From Eledone cirrhosa (taxonomy: Eukaryota), in assembly GCA_964016885.1 (NCBI GenBank), contig OZ024742.1, forward strand, positions 292,702,001 to 292,766,000: DNA of 64,000 nt, written 5' to 3'. Made by a program: the position numbers and the translations under genes. Shown here in pieces: positions 13,801 to 30,600 of this stretch. The notes under the pieces were generated by a model. The model made no database searches. It was not told where the DNA came from and worked only from the letters and a program-made list of their open reading frames with translations. Position 1 is the stretch's first letter; each line of letters begins with the position of its first letter.

Positions 13801-16800
13801 CATAAACACAACTATACTGAGTCAAGGTGATAGCTTAATAGATATATCTGGTTATAAACACAACTATACTGAGTCAAGGTGATAGCTTAATAGATATATC
13901 TAGTCATAAACACAACTACATTACTGAGTCAAGGTGATAGCTTAATAGATATATCTAGTCATAAACACAACTATATGACAGAGTCAAGGTGATAGCTTAA
14001 TAGATATATCTAGTCATAAACACAACTATATTACTGAGCCAAGGTGATAGCTTAATAGATATATCTAGTCATAAACACAACTATATTACAGAGTCAAGGT
14101 GATAGCTTAATAGATATATCTAGTCATAAACACAACTATATTACTGAGTCAAGGTGATACCTTAATAGATATATCTAGTCATAAACACAACTATATTACT
14201 GAGTCAAGGTGATAGCTTAATAGATATATCTGGTCATAAACACAACTATACTTAGTCAAGGTGATAGCTTAATAGATATATCTAGTCATAAACACAACTA
14301 TACTATGTCAAGGTGATAGCTTAAAAGATATATCTAGTCATAAACACAACTATATTACTGAGTCAAAGTGATAGCTTAATAGATATATCTAGTCATAAAC
14401 ACAACTATATTACTGAGTCAAGGTGATAGCTTAATAGATATATCTAGTCATAAACACAACTATACTGAGTCAAGGTGATAGCTTAATAGATATATCTGGT
14501 CATAAACACAACTATACTGAGTCAAGGTGATAGCTTAATAGATATATCTAGTCATAAACACAACTATATTACTGAGTCAAGGTGATAGCTTAATAGATAT
14601 ATCTAGTCATAAACACAACTATATTACTGAGTCAAGGTGATAGCTTAATAGATATATCTGGTCGTAAACACAACTATACTGAGTCAAGGTGATAGCTTAA
14701 TAGATATATCTGGTTATAAACACAACTATACTGAGTCAAGGTGATAGCTTAATAGATATATCTAGTCATAAACACAACTATATTACTGAGTCAAGGTGAT
14801 AGCTTAATAGATATATCTAGTCATAAACACAACTATATTACTGAGTCAAGGTGATAGCTGAATAGATATATCTAGTCATAAACACAACTATATTACTGAG
14901 GCAAGGTGATAGCTTAATAGATATATCTAGTCATAAACACAACTATACTGAGTCAAGGTGATAGCTTAATAGATATATCTGGTCATAAACACAACTATAC
15001 TGAGTCAAGGTGATAGCTTAATAGATATATCTAGTCATAAACACAACTATATTACTGAGTCAAGGTGATAGCTTAATAGATATATCTGGTCATAAACAGA
15101 ACTATACCGAGTTAAGGTGATAGCTTAATAGATATTTCTGGTCATAAACACAACTATACTGAGTCAAGGTGATAGCTTAATAGATATATCTGGTCATAAA
15201 CACAACTCTACTGAGTCAAGGTGATAGCTTAATAGATATATCTTGTCATAAACACAACTATATAGCTGAGTCAAGGTGATAGCTTAATAGATATATCTAG
15301 TCATAAACACAACTATACGGAGTCAAGGTGATAGCTTAATAGATATATCTGGTCATAAACACAACTATACTGAATCTAGGTGATAGCTTAATAGATATAT
15401 CTGGTCATAAACACAACTATACTGTGTCAAGGTGATAGCTTAATAGATATATCTAGTCATAAACACAACTATACTGAGTCAAGGTGATAGCTTTATAGAT
15501 ATATCTAGTCATAAACACAACTATATAACTGAGTCAAGGTGATAGCTTAATAGATATATCTAGTCATAAACACAACTATATTACTGAGTCAAGGTGATAG
15601 CTTAATAGATATATCTGGTCATAAACACAACTAAACTGTGTCAAGGTGATAGTTTAATAGATATATCTAGTCATAAACACAACTATATTACTGAGTCAAG
15701 GTGATAGCTTAATAGATATATCTAGTCATAAACACAACTATATTACTGAGTCAAGGTGATAGCTTAATAGATATATCTGGTCATAAACACAACTCTACTG
15801 AGTCAAGGTGATAGCTTAATAGATGTATCTAGTCATAAACACAACTATATATCTGAGTCAAGGTGATAGCTTAATAGATATATCTAGTCATAAACACAAC
15901 TATACTGAGTCAAGGTGATAGCTTAATAGATATATCTGGTCATAAACACAACTATACTGAGTCAAGGTGATAGCTTAATAGATATATCTAGTCATAAACA
16001 CAACTATATTACTGACTCAAGGTGATAGCTTAATAGATATATCTAGTCATAAACACAACTATATTACTGAGTCAAGGTGATAGCTTAATAGATATATCTA
16101 GTCATAAATACAACTATATTACTGAGTCAAGGTGATAGCTTAATAGATATATCTAGTGATAAACACAACTATACTGAGTCAAGGTGATAGCTTAATAGAT
16201 ATATCTAGTCATAAACACAACTATATTACAGAGTCAAGGTGATAGCTTAATAGATATATCTAGTCATAAACACAACTATATTACTGAGTCAAGGTGATAG
16301 CTTAATAGATATATCTGGTCATAAACACAACTCTACTGAGTCAAGGTGATAGCTTAATAGATGTATCTAGTCATAAACACAACTATATATCTGAGTCAAG
16401 GTGATAGCTTAATAGATATATCTAGTCATAAACACAACTATACTGAGTCAAGGTGATAGCTTAATAGATATATCTGGTCATAAACACAACTATACTGAGT
16501 CAAGGTGATAGCTTAATAGATATATCTAGTCATAAACACAACTATACTGAGTCAAGGTGATAGCTTAATAGATATATCTGGTCATAAACACAACTATATT
16601 ACTGAGTCAAGGTGATAGCTTAATAGATATATCTAGTCATAAACACAACTATATTACTGAGTCAAGGTGATAGCTTAATAGATATATCTAGTCATAAACA
16701 CAACTATATTACTGAGTCAAGGTGATAGCTTAATAGATATATCTAGTCATAAGCACAACTATATTACAGAGTCAAGGTGATAGCTTAATAGATATATCTA

Positions 16801-19800
16801 GTCATAAACACAACTATATTACTGAGTCAAGGTGATAGCTTAATAGATATATCTAGTTATAAACACAACTATATTACTGAGTCAAGGTGATACCTTAATA
16901 GATATATCTAGTTATAAACACAACTATATTACTGAGTCAAGGTGATACCTTAATAGATATATCTAGTCATAAACACAACTATATTACTGAGTCAAGGTGA
17001 TAGCTTAATAGATATATCTGGTCATAAACACAACTATATATAGTCAAGGTGATAGCTTAATAGATATATCTGGTCATAAACACAACTATACTGAGTCAAG
17101 GTGATAGCTTAATAGATATATCTAGTCATAAACACAACTATATTACTGAGTCAAGGTGATAGCTTAATAGATATATCTAGTCATAAACACAACTATATTA
17201 CTGAGTCAAGGTGATAGCTTAATAGATATATCTAGTCATAAACACAACTATATTACTGAGTCAAGGTGATAGCTTAATAGATATATCTGGTCATAAACAC
17301 AACTATACTGAGTCAAGGTGATAGCTTAATAGATATATCTGGTGATAAACACAACTATACCGAGTTAAGGTGATAGCTTAATAGATATATCTGGTCATAA
17401 ACACAACTATGCTGTGTCAAGGTGATAGCTTAATAGATATATCTAGTCATAAACACAACTATACTGAGTCAAGGTGATAGCTTAATAGATATATCTAGTC
17501 ATAAACACAACTATATAACTGAGTCAAGGTGATAGCTTAATAGATATATCTAGTCATAAACACAACTATATTACTGAGTCAAGGTGATAGCTTAATAGAT
17601 ATATCTGGTTATAAACACAACTATACTGTGTCAAGGTGATAGCTTAATAGATATAGCTAGTCATAAACACAACTATATTACTGAGTCAAGGTGATAGCTT
17701 AATAGATATATGTAGTCATAAACACAACTATATTACTGAGTCAAGGTGATAGCTTAATAGATATATCTAGTCATAAACACAACTATACTGAGTCAAGGTG
17801 ATAGCTTAATAGATATATCTGGTCATAAACACAACTATATTACTGAGTCAAGGTGATAGCTTAATAGATATATCTAGTCATAAACACAACTATATTACTG
17901 AGTCAAGGTGATAGCTTAATAGATATATCTAGTCATAAACACAACTATATTACTGAGTCAAGGTGATAGCTTAATAGATATATCTAGTCATAAGCACAAC
18001 TATATTACAGATTCAAGGTGATAGCTTAATAGATATATCTAGTCATAAACACAACTATATTACTGAGTCAAGGTGATAGCTTAATAGATATATCTAGTTA
18101 TAAACACAACTATATTACTGAGTCAAGGTGATACCTTAATAGATATATCTAGTCATAAACACAACTATATTACTGAATCAAGGTGATAGCTTAATAGATA
18201 TATCTGGTCACAAACACAACTATACTTAGTCAAGGTGATAGCTTAATAGATATATCTGGTCATAAACACAACTATACTGAGTCAAGGTGATAGCTTAATA
18301 GATATATCTAGTCATAAACACAACTATATTACTGAGTCAAGGTGATAGCTTAATAGATATATCTGGTTATAAACACAACTATATTACTGAGTCAAGGTGA
18401 TAGCTTAATAGATATATCTAGTCAGAAACACAACTATATTACTGAGTCAAGGTGATAGCTTAATAGATATATCTGGTCATAAACACAACTATACTTAGTC
18501 AAGGTGATAGCTTAATAGATATATCTGGTCATAAACACAACTATACTGAGTCAAGGTGATAGCTTAATAGATATATCTAGTCATAAACACAACTATATTA
18601 CTGAGTCAAGGTGATAGCTTAATAGATATATCTAGTCATAAACACAACTATACTGAGTCAAGGTGATAGCTTAATAGATATATCTGGTCATAAACACAAC
18701 TATACCGAGTTAAGGTGATAGCTTAATAGATATATCTGGTCATAAACACAACTATACTGAGTCAAGGTGATAGCTTAATAGATATATCTAGTCATAAACA
18801 CAACTATACTGAGTCAAGGTGATAGCTTAATAGATATATCTAGTCATAGACACAACTATATAACTGAGTCAAGGTGATAGCTTAATAGATATATCTAGTC
18901 ATAAACACAACTATATTACTGAGCCAAGGTGATAGCTTAATAGATATATCTGGTCATAAACACAACTATACTGTGTCAAGGTGATAGCTTAATAGATATA
19001 GCTAGTCATAAACACAACTATATTACTGAGTCAAGGTGATAGCTTAATAGATATATGTAGTCATAAACACAACTATATTACTGAGTCAAGGTGATAGCTT
19101 AATAGATATATCTAGTCATAAACACAACTATACTGAGTCAAGGTGATAGCTTAATAGATATATCTGGTCATAAACACAACTATATTACTGAGTCAAGGTG
19201 ATAGCTTAATAGATATATCTAGTCATAAACACAACTATATTACTGAGTCAAGGTGATAGCTTAATAGATATATCTAGTCATAAACACAACTATATTACTG
19301 AGTCAAGGTGATAGCTTAATAGATATATCTAGTCATAAACACAACTATATTACTGAGTCAAGGTGATAGCTTAATAGATATATCTGGTCATAAACACAAC
19401 TATACTGAGTCAAGGTGATAGCTTAATAGATATATCTGGTTATAAACACAACTATATTACTGAGTCAAGGTGATAGCTTAATAGATATATCTAGTCAGAA
19501 ACACAACTATATAACTGAGTCAAGGTGATAGCTTAATAGATATATCTAGTCATAAACACAACTATATTACTGAGTCAAGGTGATAGCTTAATAGATATAT
19601 CTAGTCATAAACACAACTATACTGAGTCAAGGTGATAGCTTAATAGATATATCTGGTCATAACCACAACTATACCGAGTTAAGGTGATAGCTTAATAGAT
19701 ATATCTGGTCATAAACACAACTATACTGAGTCAAGGTGATAGCTTAATAGATATATCTAGTCATAAACACAACTATACTGAGTCAAGGTGATAGCTTAAT

Positions 19801-22800
19801 AGATATATCTAGTCATAAACACAACTATATAACTGAGTCAAGGTGATAGCTTAATAGATATATCTAGTTATAAACACAACTATATTACTGAGTCAAGGTG
19901 ATAGCTTAATAGATATATCTGGTCATAAACACAACTATACTGTGTCAAGGTGATAGCTTAATAGATATAGCTAGTCATAAACACAACTATATTACTGAAT
20001 CAAGGTGATAGCTTAATAGATATATCTAGTCATAAACACAACTATATAACTGAGTCAAGGTGATAGCTTAATAGATATATCTAGTCATAAACACAACTAT
20101 ATTACTGAGTCAAGGTGATAGCTTAATAGATATATCTAGTAATAAACACAACTATACTGAGTCAAGGTGATAGCTTAATAGATATATCTGGTCATAAACA
20201 CAACTATACCGAGTTAAGGTGATAGCTTAATAGATATATCTGGTCATAAACACAACTATACTGAGTCAAGGTGATAGCTTAATAGATATATCTAGTCATA
20301 AACACAACTATATTACTGAGTCAAGGTGATAGCTTAATAGATATATCTAGTCATAAACACAACTATATTACTGAGTCAAGGTGATACCTTAATAGATATA
20401 TCTAGTCATAAACACAACTATATTACTGAGTCAAGGTGATAGCTTAATAGATATATCTGGTCATAAACACAACTATACTTAGTCAAGGTGATAGCTTAAT
20501 AGATATATCTGGTCATAAACACAACTATACTGAGTCAAGGTGATAGCTTAATAGATATATCTAGTCATAAACACAACTATATTACTGAGTCAAGGTGATA
20601 GCTTAATAGATATATCTAGTCATAAACACAACTATATTACTGAGTCAAGGTGATAGCTTAATAGATATATCTAGTCATAAACACAACTATATTACTGAGT
20701 CAAGGTGATAGCTTAATAGATATATCTGGTCATAAACACAACTATACTGAGTCAAGGTGATAGCTTAATAGATATATCTGGTTATAAACACAACTATATT
20801 ACTGAGTCAAGGTGATAGCTTAATAGATATATCTAGTCATAAACACAACTATATTACTGAGTCAAGGTGATAGCTTAATAGATATATCTGGTCATAAACA
20901 CAACTATACTGAGTCAAGGTGATAGCTTAATAGATATATCTGGTTATAAACACAACTATACTGAGTCAAGGTGATAGCTTAATAGATATATCTAGTCATA
21001 AACACAACTATATTACTGAGTCAAGGTGATAGCTTAATAGATATATCTAGTCATAAACACAACTATATTACTGAGTCAAGGTGATACCTTAATAGATATA
21101 TCTAGTCATAAACACAACTATATTACTGAGTCAAGGTGATAGCTTAATAGATATATCTGGTCATAAACACAACTATACTGAGTCAAGGTGATAGCTTAAT
21201 AGATATATCTGGTCATAAACACAACTATACCGAGTTAAGGTGAAAGCTTAATAGATATATCTGGTCATAAACACAACTATACTGAGTCAAGGTGATAGCT
21301 TAATAGATATATCTAGTCATAAACACAACTATACTGAGTCAAGGTGATAGCTTAATAGATATATCTAGTCATAAACACAACTATATTACTGAGTCAAGGT
21401 GATAGCTTAATAGATATATGTAGTCATAAACACAACTATATTACTGAGTCAAGGTGATAGCTTAATAGATATATCTAGTCATAAACACAACTATACTGAG
21501 TCAAGGTGATAGCTTAATAGATATATCTGGTCATATACACAACTATATTACTGTCAAGGTGATAGCTTAATAGATATATCTAGTCATAAACACAACTATA
21601 TTACTGAGTCAAGGTGATAGCTTAATAGATATATCTAGTCATAAACACGACTATATTACTGAGTCAAGGTGATAGCTTAATAGATATATCTAGTCATAAA
21701 CACAACTATACTGAGTCAAGGTGATAGCTTAATAGATATATCTGGTTATAAACACAACTATACTGAGTCAAGGTGATAGCTTAATAGATATATCTAGTCA
21801 TAAACACAACTACATTACTGAGTCAAGGTGATAGCTTAATAGATATATCTAGTCATAAACACAACTATATGACAGAGTCAAGGTGATAGCTTAATAGATA
21901 TATCTAGTCATAAACACAACTATATTACTGAGCCAAGGTGATAGCTTAATAGATATATCTAGTCATAAACACAACTATATTACAGAGTCAAGGTGATAGC
22001 TTAATAGATATATCTAGTCATAAACACAACTATATTACTGAGTCAAGGTGATACCTTAATAGATATATCTAGTCATAAACACAACTATATTACTGAGTCA
22101 AGGTGATAGCTTAATAGATATATCTGGTCATAAACACAACTATACTTAGTCAAGGTGATAGCTTAATAGATATATTTGGTCATAAACACAACTATACTGA
22201 GTCAAGGTGATAGCTTAATAGATATATCTAGTCATAAACACAACTATATTACTGAGTCAAGGTGATAGCTTAATAGATATATCTAGTCATAAACACAACT
22301 ATATTACTGAGTCAAGGTGATAGCTTAATAGATATATCTAGTCATAAACACAACTATACTGAGTCAAGGTGATAGCTTAATAGATATATCTGGTCATAAA
22401 CACAACTCTACCGAGTTAAGGTGATAGCTTAATAGATATATCTGGTCATAAACACAACTATACTGAGTCAAGGTGATAGCTTAATAGATATATCTAGTCA
22501 TAAACACAACTATACTGAGTCAAGGTGATAGCTTAATAGATATATCTAGTCATAAACACAACTATATAACTGAGTCAAGGTGATAGCTTAATAGATATAT
22601 CTAGTCATAAACACAACTATATTACTGAGTCAAGGTGATAGCTTAATAGATATATCTGGTCATAAACACAACTATACTATGTCAAGGTGATAGCTTAAAA
22701 GATATATCTAGTCATAAACACAACTATATTACTGAGTCAAAGTGATAGCTTAATAGATATATCTAGTCATAAACACAACTATATTACTGAGTCAAGGTGA

Positions 22801-25300
22801 TAGCTTAATAGATATATCTAGTCATAAACACAACTATACTGAGTCAAGGTGATAGCTTAATAGATATATCTGGTCATAAACACAACTATACTGAGTCAAG
22901 GTGATAGCTTAATAGATATATCTAGTCATAAACACAACTATATTACTGAGTCAAGGTGATAGCTTAATAGATATATCTAGTCATAAACACAACTATATTA
23001 CTGAGTCAAGGTGATAGCTTAATAGATATATCTGGTCGTAAACACAACTATACTGAGTCAAGGTGATAGCTTAATAGATATATCTGGTTATAAACACAAC
23101 TATACTGAGTCAAGGTGATAGCTTAATAGATATATCTAGTCATAAACACAACTATATTACTGAGTCAAGGTGATAGCTTAATAGATATATCTAGTCATAA
23201 ACACAACTATATTACTGAGTCAAGGTGATAGCTGAATAGATATATCTAGTCATAAACACAACTATATTACTGAGGCAAGGTGATAGCTTAATAGATATAT
23301 CTAGTCATAAACACAACTATACTGAGTCAAGGTGATAGCTTAATAGATATATCTGGTCATAAACACAACTATACTGAGTCAAGGTGATAGCTTAATAGAT
23401 ATATCTAGTCATAAACACAACTATATTACTGAGTCAAGGTGATAGCTTAATAGATATATCTGGTCATAAACAGAACTATACCGAGTTAAGGTGATAGCTT
23501 AATAGATATTTCTGGTCATAAACACAACTATACTGAGTCAAGGTGATAGCTTAATAGATATATCTGGTCATAAACACAACTCTACTGAGTCAAGGTGATA
23601 GCTTAATAGATATATCTTGTCATAAACACAACTATATAACTGAGTCAAGGTGATAGCTTAATAGATATATCTAGTCATAAACACAACTATACGGAGTCAA
23701 GGTGATAGCTTAATAGATATATCTGGTCATAAACACAACTATACTGAATCTAGGTGATAGCTTAATAGATATATCTGGTCATAAACACAACTATACTGTG
23801 TCAAGGTGATAGCTTAATAGATATATCTAGTCATAAACACAACTATACTGAGTCAAGGTGATAGCTTTATAGATATATCTAGTCATAAACACAACTATAT
23901 AACTGAGTCAAGGTGATAGCTTAATAGATATATCTAGTCATAAACACAACTATATTACTGAGTCAAGGTGATAGCTTAATAGATATATCTGGTCATAAAC
24001 ACAACTAAACTGTGTCAAGGTGATAGTTTAATAGATATATCTAGTCATAAACACAACTATATTACTGAGTCAAGGTGATAGCTTAATAGATATATCTAGT
24101 CATAAACACAACTATATTACTGAGTCAAGGTGATAGCTTAATAGATATATCTGGTCATAAACACAACTCTACTGAGTCAAGGTGATAGCTTAATAGATGT
24201 ATCTAGTCATAAACACAACTATATATCTGAGTCAAGGTGATAGCTTAATAGATATATCTAGTCATAAACACAACTATACTGAGTCAAGGTGATAGCTTAA
24301 TAGATATATCTGGTCATAAACACAACTATACTGAGTCAAGGTGATAGCTTAATAGATATATCTAGTCATAAACACAACTATATTACTGACTCAAGGTGAT
24401 AGCTTAATAGATATATCTAGTCATAAACACAACTATATTACTGAGTCAAGGTGATAGCTTAATAGATATATCTAGTCATAAATACAACTATATTACTGAG
24501 TCAAGGTGATAGCTTAATAGATATATCTAGTGATAAACACAACTATACTGAGTCAAGGTGATAGCTTAATAGATATATCTAGTCATAAACACAACTATAT
24601 TACAGAGTCAAGGTGATAGCTTAATAGATATATCTAGTCATAAACACAACTATATTACTGAGTCAAGGTGATAGCTTAATAGATATATCTGGTCATAAAC
24701 ACAACTCTACTGAGTCAAGGTGATAGCTTAATAGATGTATCTAGTCATAAACACAACTATATATCTGAGTCAAGGTGATAGCTTAATAGATATATCTAGT
24801 CATAAACACAACTATACTGAGTCAAGGTGATAGCTTAATAGATATATCTGGTCATAAACACAACTATACTGAGTCAAGGTGATAGCTTAATAGATATATC
24901 TAGTCATAAACACAACTATACTGAGTCAAGGTGATAGCTTAATAGATATATCTGGTCATAAACACAACTATATTACTGAGTCAAGGTGATAGCTTAATAG
25001 ATATATCTAGTCATAAACACAACTATATTACTGAGTCAAGGTGATAGCTTAATAGATATATCTAGTCATAAACACAACTATATTACTGAGTCAAGGTGAT
25101 AGCTTAATAGATATATCTAGTCATAAGCACAACTATATTACAGAGTCAAGGTGATAGCTTAATAGATATATCTAGTCATAAACACAACTATATTACTGAG
25201 TCAAGGTGATAGCTTAATAGATATATCTAGTTATAAACACAACTATATTACTGAGTCAAGGTGATACCTTAATAGATATATCTAGTCATAAACACAACTA
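8550..25300. repeat. ~8.4-kb tandem duplication within the satellite (junction about 16900; boundaries approximate)
   Basis: A run of rare variants recurs in order at offset 8374 (GCTGAATAG variant base 14860/23234; AGATGTATC 15825/24199). Offsets further upstream shift by whole monomers. Confidence 0.75.
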
Positions 25301-27649
25301 TATTACTGAGTCAAGGTGATAGCTTAATAGATATATCTGGTCATAAACACAACTATACTTAGTCAAGGTGATAGCTTAATAGATATATCTGGTCATAAAC
25401 ACAACTATACTGAGTCAAGGTGATAGCTTAATAGATATATCTAGTCATAAACACAACTATATTACTGAGTCAAGGTGATAGCTTAATAGATATATCTAGT
25501 CATAAACACAACTATATTACTGAGTCAAGGTGATAGCTTAATAGATATATCTAGTCATAAACACAACTATATTACTGAGTCAAGGTGATAGCTTAATAGA
25601 TATATCTGGTCATAAACACAACTATACTGAGTCAAGGTGATAGCTTAATAGATATATCTGGTTATAAACACAACTATATTACTGAGTCAAGGTGATAGCT
25701 TAATAGATATATCTAGTCAGAAACACAACTATATTACTGAGTCAAGGTGATAGCTTAATAGATATATCTGGTCATAAACACAACTATACTTAGTCAAGGT
25801 GATAGCTTAATAGATATATCTGGTCATAAACACAACTATACTGAGTCAAGGTGATAGCTTAATAGATATATCTAGTCATAAACACAACTATATTACTGAG
25901 TCAAGGTGATAGCTTAATAGATATATCTAGTCATAAACACAACTATACTGAGTCAAGGTGATAGCTTAATAGATATATCTGGTCATAAACACAACTATAC
26001 CGAGTTAAGGTGATAGCTTAATAGATATATCTGGTCATAAACACAACTATACTGAGTCAAGGTGATAGCTTAATAGATATATCTAGTCATAAACACAACT
26101 ATACTGAGTCAAGGTGATAGCTTAATAGATATATCTAGTCATAAACACAACTATATAACTGAGTCAAGGTGATAGCTTAATAGATATATCTAGTCATAAA
26201 CACAACTATATTACTGAGCCAAGGTGATAGCTTAATAGATATATCTGGTCATAAACACAACTATACTGTGTCAAGGTGATAGCTTAATAGATATAGCTAG
26301 TCATAAACACAACTATATTACTGAGTCAAGGTGATAGCTTAATAGATATATGTAGTCATAAACACAACTATATTACTGAGTCAAGGTGATAGCTTAATAG
26401 ATATATCTAGTCATAAACACAACTATATTACTGAGTCAAGGTGATAGCTTAATAGATATATCTAGTCATAAACACAACTATATTACTGAGTCAAGGTGAT
26501 AGCTTAATAGATATATCTAGTCATAAACACAACTATATTACTGAGTCAAGGTGATAGCTTAATAGATATATCTGGTCATAAACACAACTATACTGAGTCA
26601 AGGTGATAGCTTAATAGATATATCTGGTTATAAACACAACTATATTACTGAGTCAAGGTGATAGCTTAATAGATATATCTAGTCAGAAACACAACTATAT
26701 AACTGAGTCAAGGTGATAGCTTAATAGATATATCTAGTCATAAACACAACTATATTACTGAGTCAAGGTGATAGCTTAATAGATATATCTAGTCATAAAC
26801 ACAACTATACTGAGTCAAGGTGATAGCTTAATAGATATATCTGGTCATAACCACAACTATACCGAGTTAAGGTGATAGCTTAATAGATATATCTGGTCAT
26901 AAACACAACTATACTGAGTCAAGGTGATAGCTTAATAGATATATCTAGTCATAAACACAACTATACTGAGTCAAGGTGATAGCTTAATAGATATATCTAG
27001 TCATAAACACAACTATATAACTGAGTCAAGGTGATAGCTTAATAGATATATCTAGTCATAAACACAACTATATTACTGAGTCAAGGTGATAGCTTAATAG
27101 ATATATCTGGTCATAAACACAACTATACTGTGTCAAGGTGATAGCTTAATAGATATAGCTAGTCATAAACACAACTATATTACTGAATCAAGGTGATAGC
27201 TTAATAGATATATCTAGTCATAAACACAACTATATAACTGAGTCAAGGTGATAGCTTAATAGATATATCTAGTCATAAACACAACTATATTACTGAGTCA
27301 AGGTGATAGCTTAATAGATATATCTAGTCATAAACACAACTATACTGAGTCAAGGTGATAGCTTAATAGATATATCTGGTCATAAACACAACTATACCGA
27401 GTTAAGGTGATAGCTTAATAGATATATCTGGTCATAAACACAACTATACTGAGTCAAGGTGATAGCTTAATAGATATATCTAGTCATAAACACAACTATA
27501 TTACTGAGTCAAGGTGATAGCTTAATAGATATATCTAGTCATAAACACAACTATATTACTGAGTCAAGGTGATACCTTAATAGATATATCTAGTCATAAA
27601 CACAACTATATTACTGAGTCAAGGTGATAGCTTAATAGATATATCTGGT

Positions 27650-30600
27650 CATAAACACAACTATACTTAGTCAAGGTGATAGCTTAATAGATATATCTGG
27701 CCATAAACACAACTATACTGAGTCAAGGTGATAGCTTAATAGATATATCTAGTCATAAACACAACTATATTACTGAGTCAAGGTGATAGCTTAATAGATA
27801 TATCTAGTCATAAACACAACTATATTACTGAGTCAAGGTGATAGCTTAATAGATATATCTAGTCATAAACACAACTATATTACTGAGTCAAGGTGATAGC
27901 TTAATAGATATATCTGGTCATAAACACAACTATACTGAGTCAAGGTGATAGCTTAATAGATATATCTGGTTATAAACACAACTATATTACTGAGTCAAGG
28001 TGATAGCTTAATAGATATATCTAGTCATAAACACAACTATATTACTGAGTCAAGGTGATAGCTTAATAGATATATCTGGTCATAAACACAACTATACTGA
28101 GTCAAGGTGATAGCTTAATAGATATATCTGGTTATAAACACAACTATACTGAGTCAAGGTGATAGCTTAATAGATATATCTAGTCATAAACACAACTATA
28201 TTACTGAGTCAAGGTGATAGCTTAATAGATATATCTAGTCATAAACACAACTATATTACAGAGTCAAGGTGATAGCTTAATAGATATATCTAGTCATAAA
28301 CACAACTATATTACTGAGTCAAGGTGATAGCTTAATAGATATATCTAGTCATAAACACAACTATATTACTGAGTCAAGGTGATACCTTAATAGATATATC
28401 TAGTCATAAACACAACTATATTACTGAGTCAAGGTGATAGCTTAATAGATATATCTGGTCATAAACACAACTATACTTAGTCAAGGTGATAGCTTAATAG
28501 ATATATCTGGTCATAAACACAACTATACTGAGTCAAGGTGATAGCTTAATAGATATATCTAGTCATAAACACAACTATATTACTGAGTCAAGGTGATAGC
28601 TTAATAGATATATCTAGTCATAAACACAACTATACTGAGTCAAGGTGATAGCTTAATAGATATATCTGGTCATAAACACAACTATACCGAGTTAAGGTGA
28701 AAGCTTAATAGATATATCTGGTCATAAACACAACTATACTGAGTCAAGGTGATAGCTTAATAGATATATCTAGTCATAAACACAACTATACTGAGTCAAG
28801 GTGATAGCTTAATAGATATATCTAGTCATAAACACAACTATATTACTGAGTCAAGGTGATAGCTTAATAGATATATCTAGTCATAAACACAACTATATTA
28901 CTGAGTCAAGGTGATAGCTTAATAGATATATCTAGTCATAAACACAACTATATTACTGAGTCAAGGTGATAGCTTAATAGATATATCTAGTCATAAGCAC
29001 AACTATATTACAGAGTCAAGGTGATAGCTTAATAGATATATCTAGTCATAAACACAACTATATTACTGAGTCAAGGTGATAGCTTAATAGATATATCTAG
29101 TTATAAACACAACTATATTACTGAGTCAAGGTGATACCTTAATAGATATATCTAGTCATAAACACAACTATATTACTGAGTCAAGGTGATAGCTTAATAG
29201 ATATATCTGGTCATAAACACAACTATACTTAGTCAAGGTGATAGCTTAATAGATATATCTGGTCATAAACACAACTATACTGAGTCAAGGTGATAGCTTA
29301 ATAGATATATCTAGTCATAAACACAACTATATTACTGAGTCAAGGTGATAGCTTAATAGATATATCTAGTCATAAACACAACTATATTACTGAGTCAAGG
29401 TGATAGCTTAATAGATATATCTAGTCATAAACACAACTATATTACTGAGTCAAGGTGATAGCTTAATAGATATATCTGGTCATAAACACAACTATACTGA
29501 GTCAAGGTGATAGCTTAATAGATATATCTGGTTATAAACACAACTATATTACTGAGTCAAGGTGATAGCTTAATAGATATATCTAGTCAGAAACACAACT
29601 ATATTACTGAGTCAAGGTGATAGCTTAATAGATATATCTGGTCATAAACACAACTATACTTAGTCAAGGTGATAGCTTAATAGATATATCTGGTCATAAA
29701 CACAACTATACTGAGTCAAGGTGATAGCTTAATAGATATATCTAGTCATAAACACAACTATATTACTGAGTCAAGGTGATAGCTTAATAGATATATCTAG
29801 TCATAAACACAACTATACTGAGTCAAGGTGATAGCTTAATAGATATATCTGGTCATAAACACAACTATACCGAGTTAAGGTGATAGCTTAATAGATATAT
29901 CTGGTCATAAACACAACTATACTGAGTCAAGGTGATAGCTTAATAGATATATCTAGTCATAAACACAACTATACTGAGTCAAGGTGATAGCTTAATAGAT
30001 ATATCTAGTCATAAACACAACTATATAACTGAGTCAAGGTGATAGCTTAATAGATATATCTAGTCATAAACACAACTATATTACTGAGCCAAGGTGATAG
30101 CTTAATAGATATATCTGGTCATAAACACAACTATACTGTGTCAAGGTGATAGCTTAATAGATATAGCTAGTCATAAACACAACTATATTACTGAGTCAAG
30201 GTGATAGCTTAATAGATATATGTAGTCATAAACACAACTATATTACTGAGTCAAGGTGATAGCTTAATAGATATATCTAGTCATAAACACAACTATACTG
30301 AGTCAAGGTGATATCTTAATAGATATATCTGGTCATAAACACAACTATATTACTGAGTCAAGGTGATAGCTTAATAGATATATCTAGTCATAAACACAAC
30401 TATATTACTGAGTCAAGGTGATAGCTTAATAGATATATCTAGTCATAAACACAACTATATTACTGAGTCAAGGTGATAGCTTAATAGATATATCTAGTCA
30501 TAAACACAACTATATTACTGAGTCAAGGTGATAGCTTAATAGATATATCTGGTCATAAACACAACTATACTGAGTCAAGGTGATAGCTTAATAGATATAT

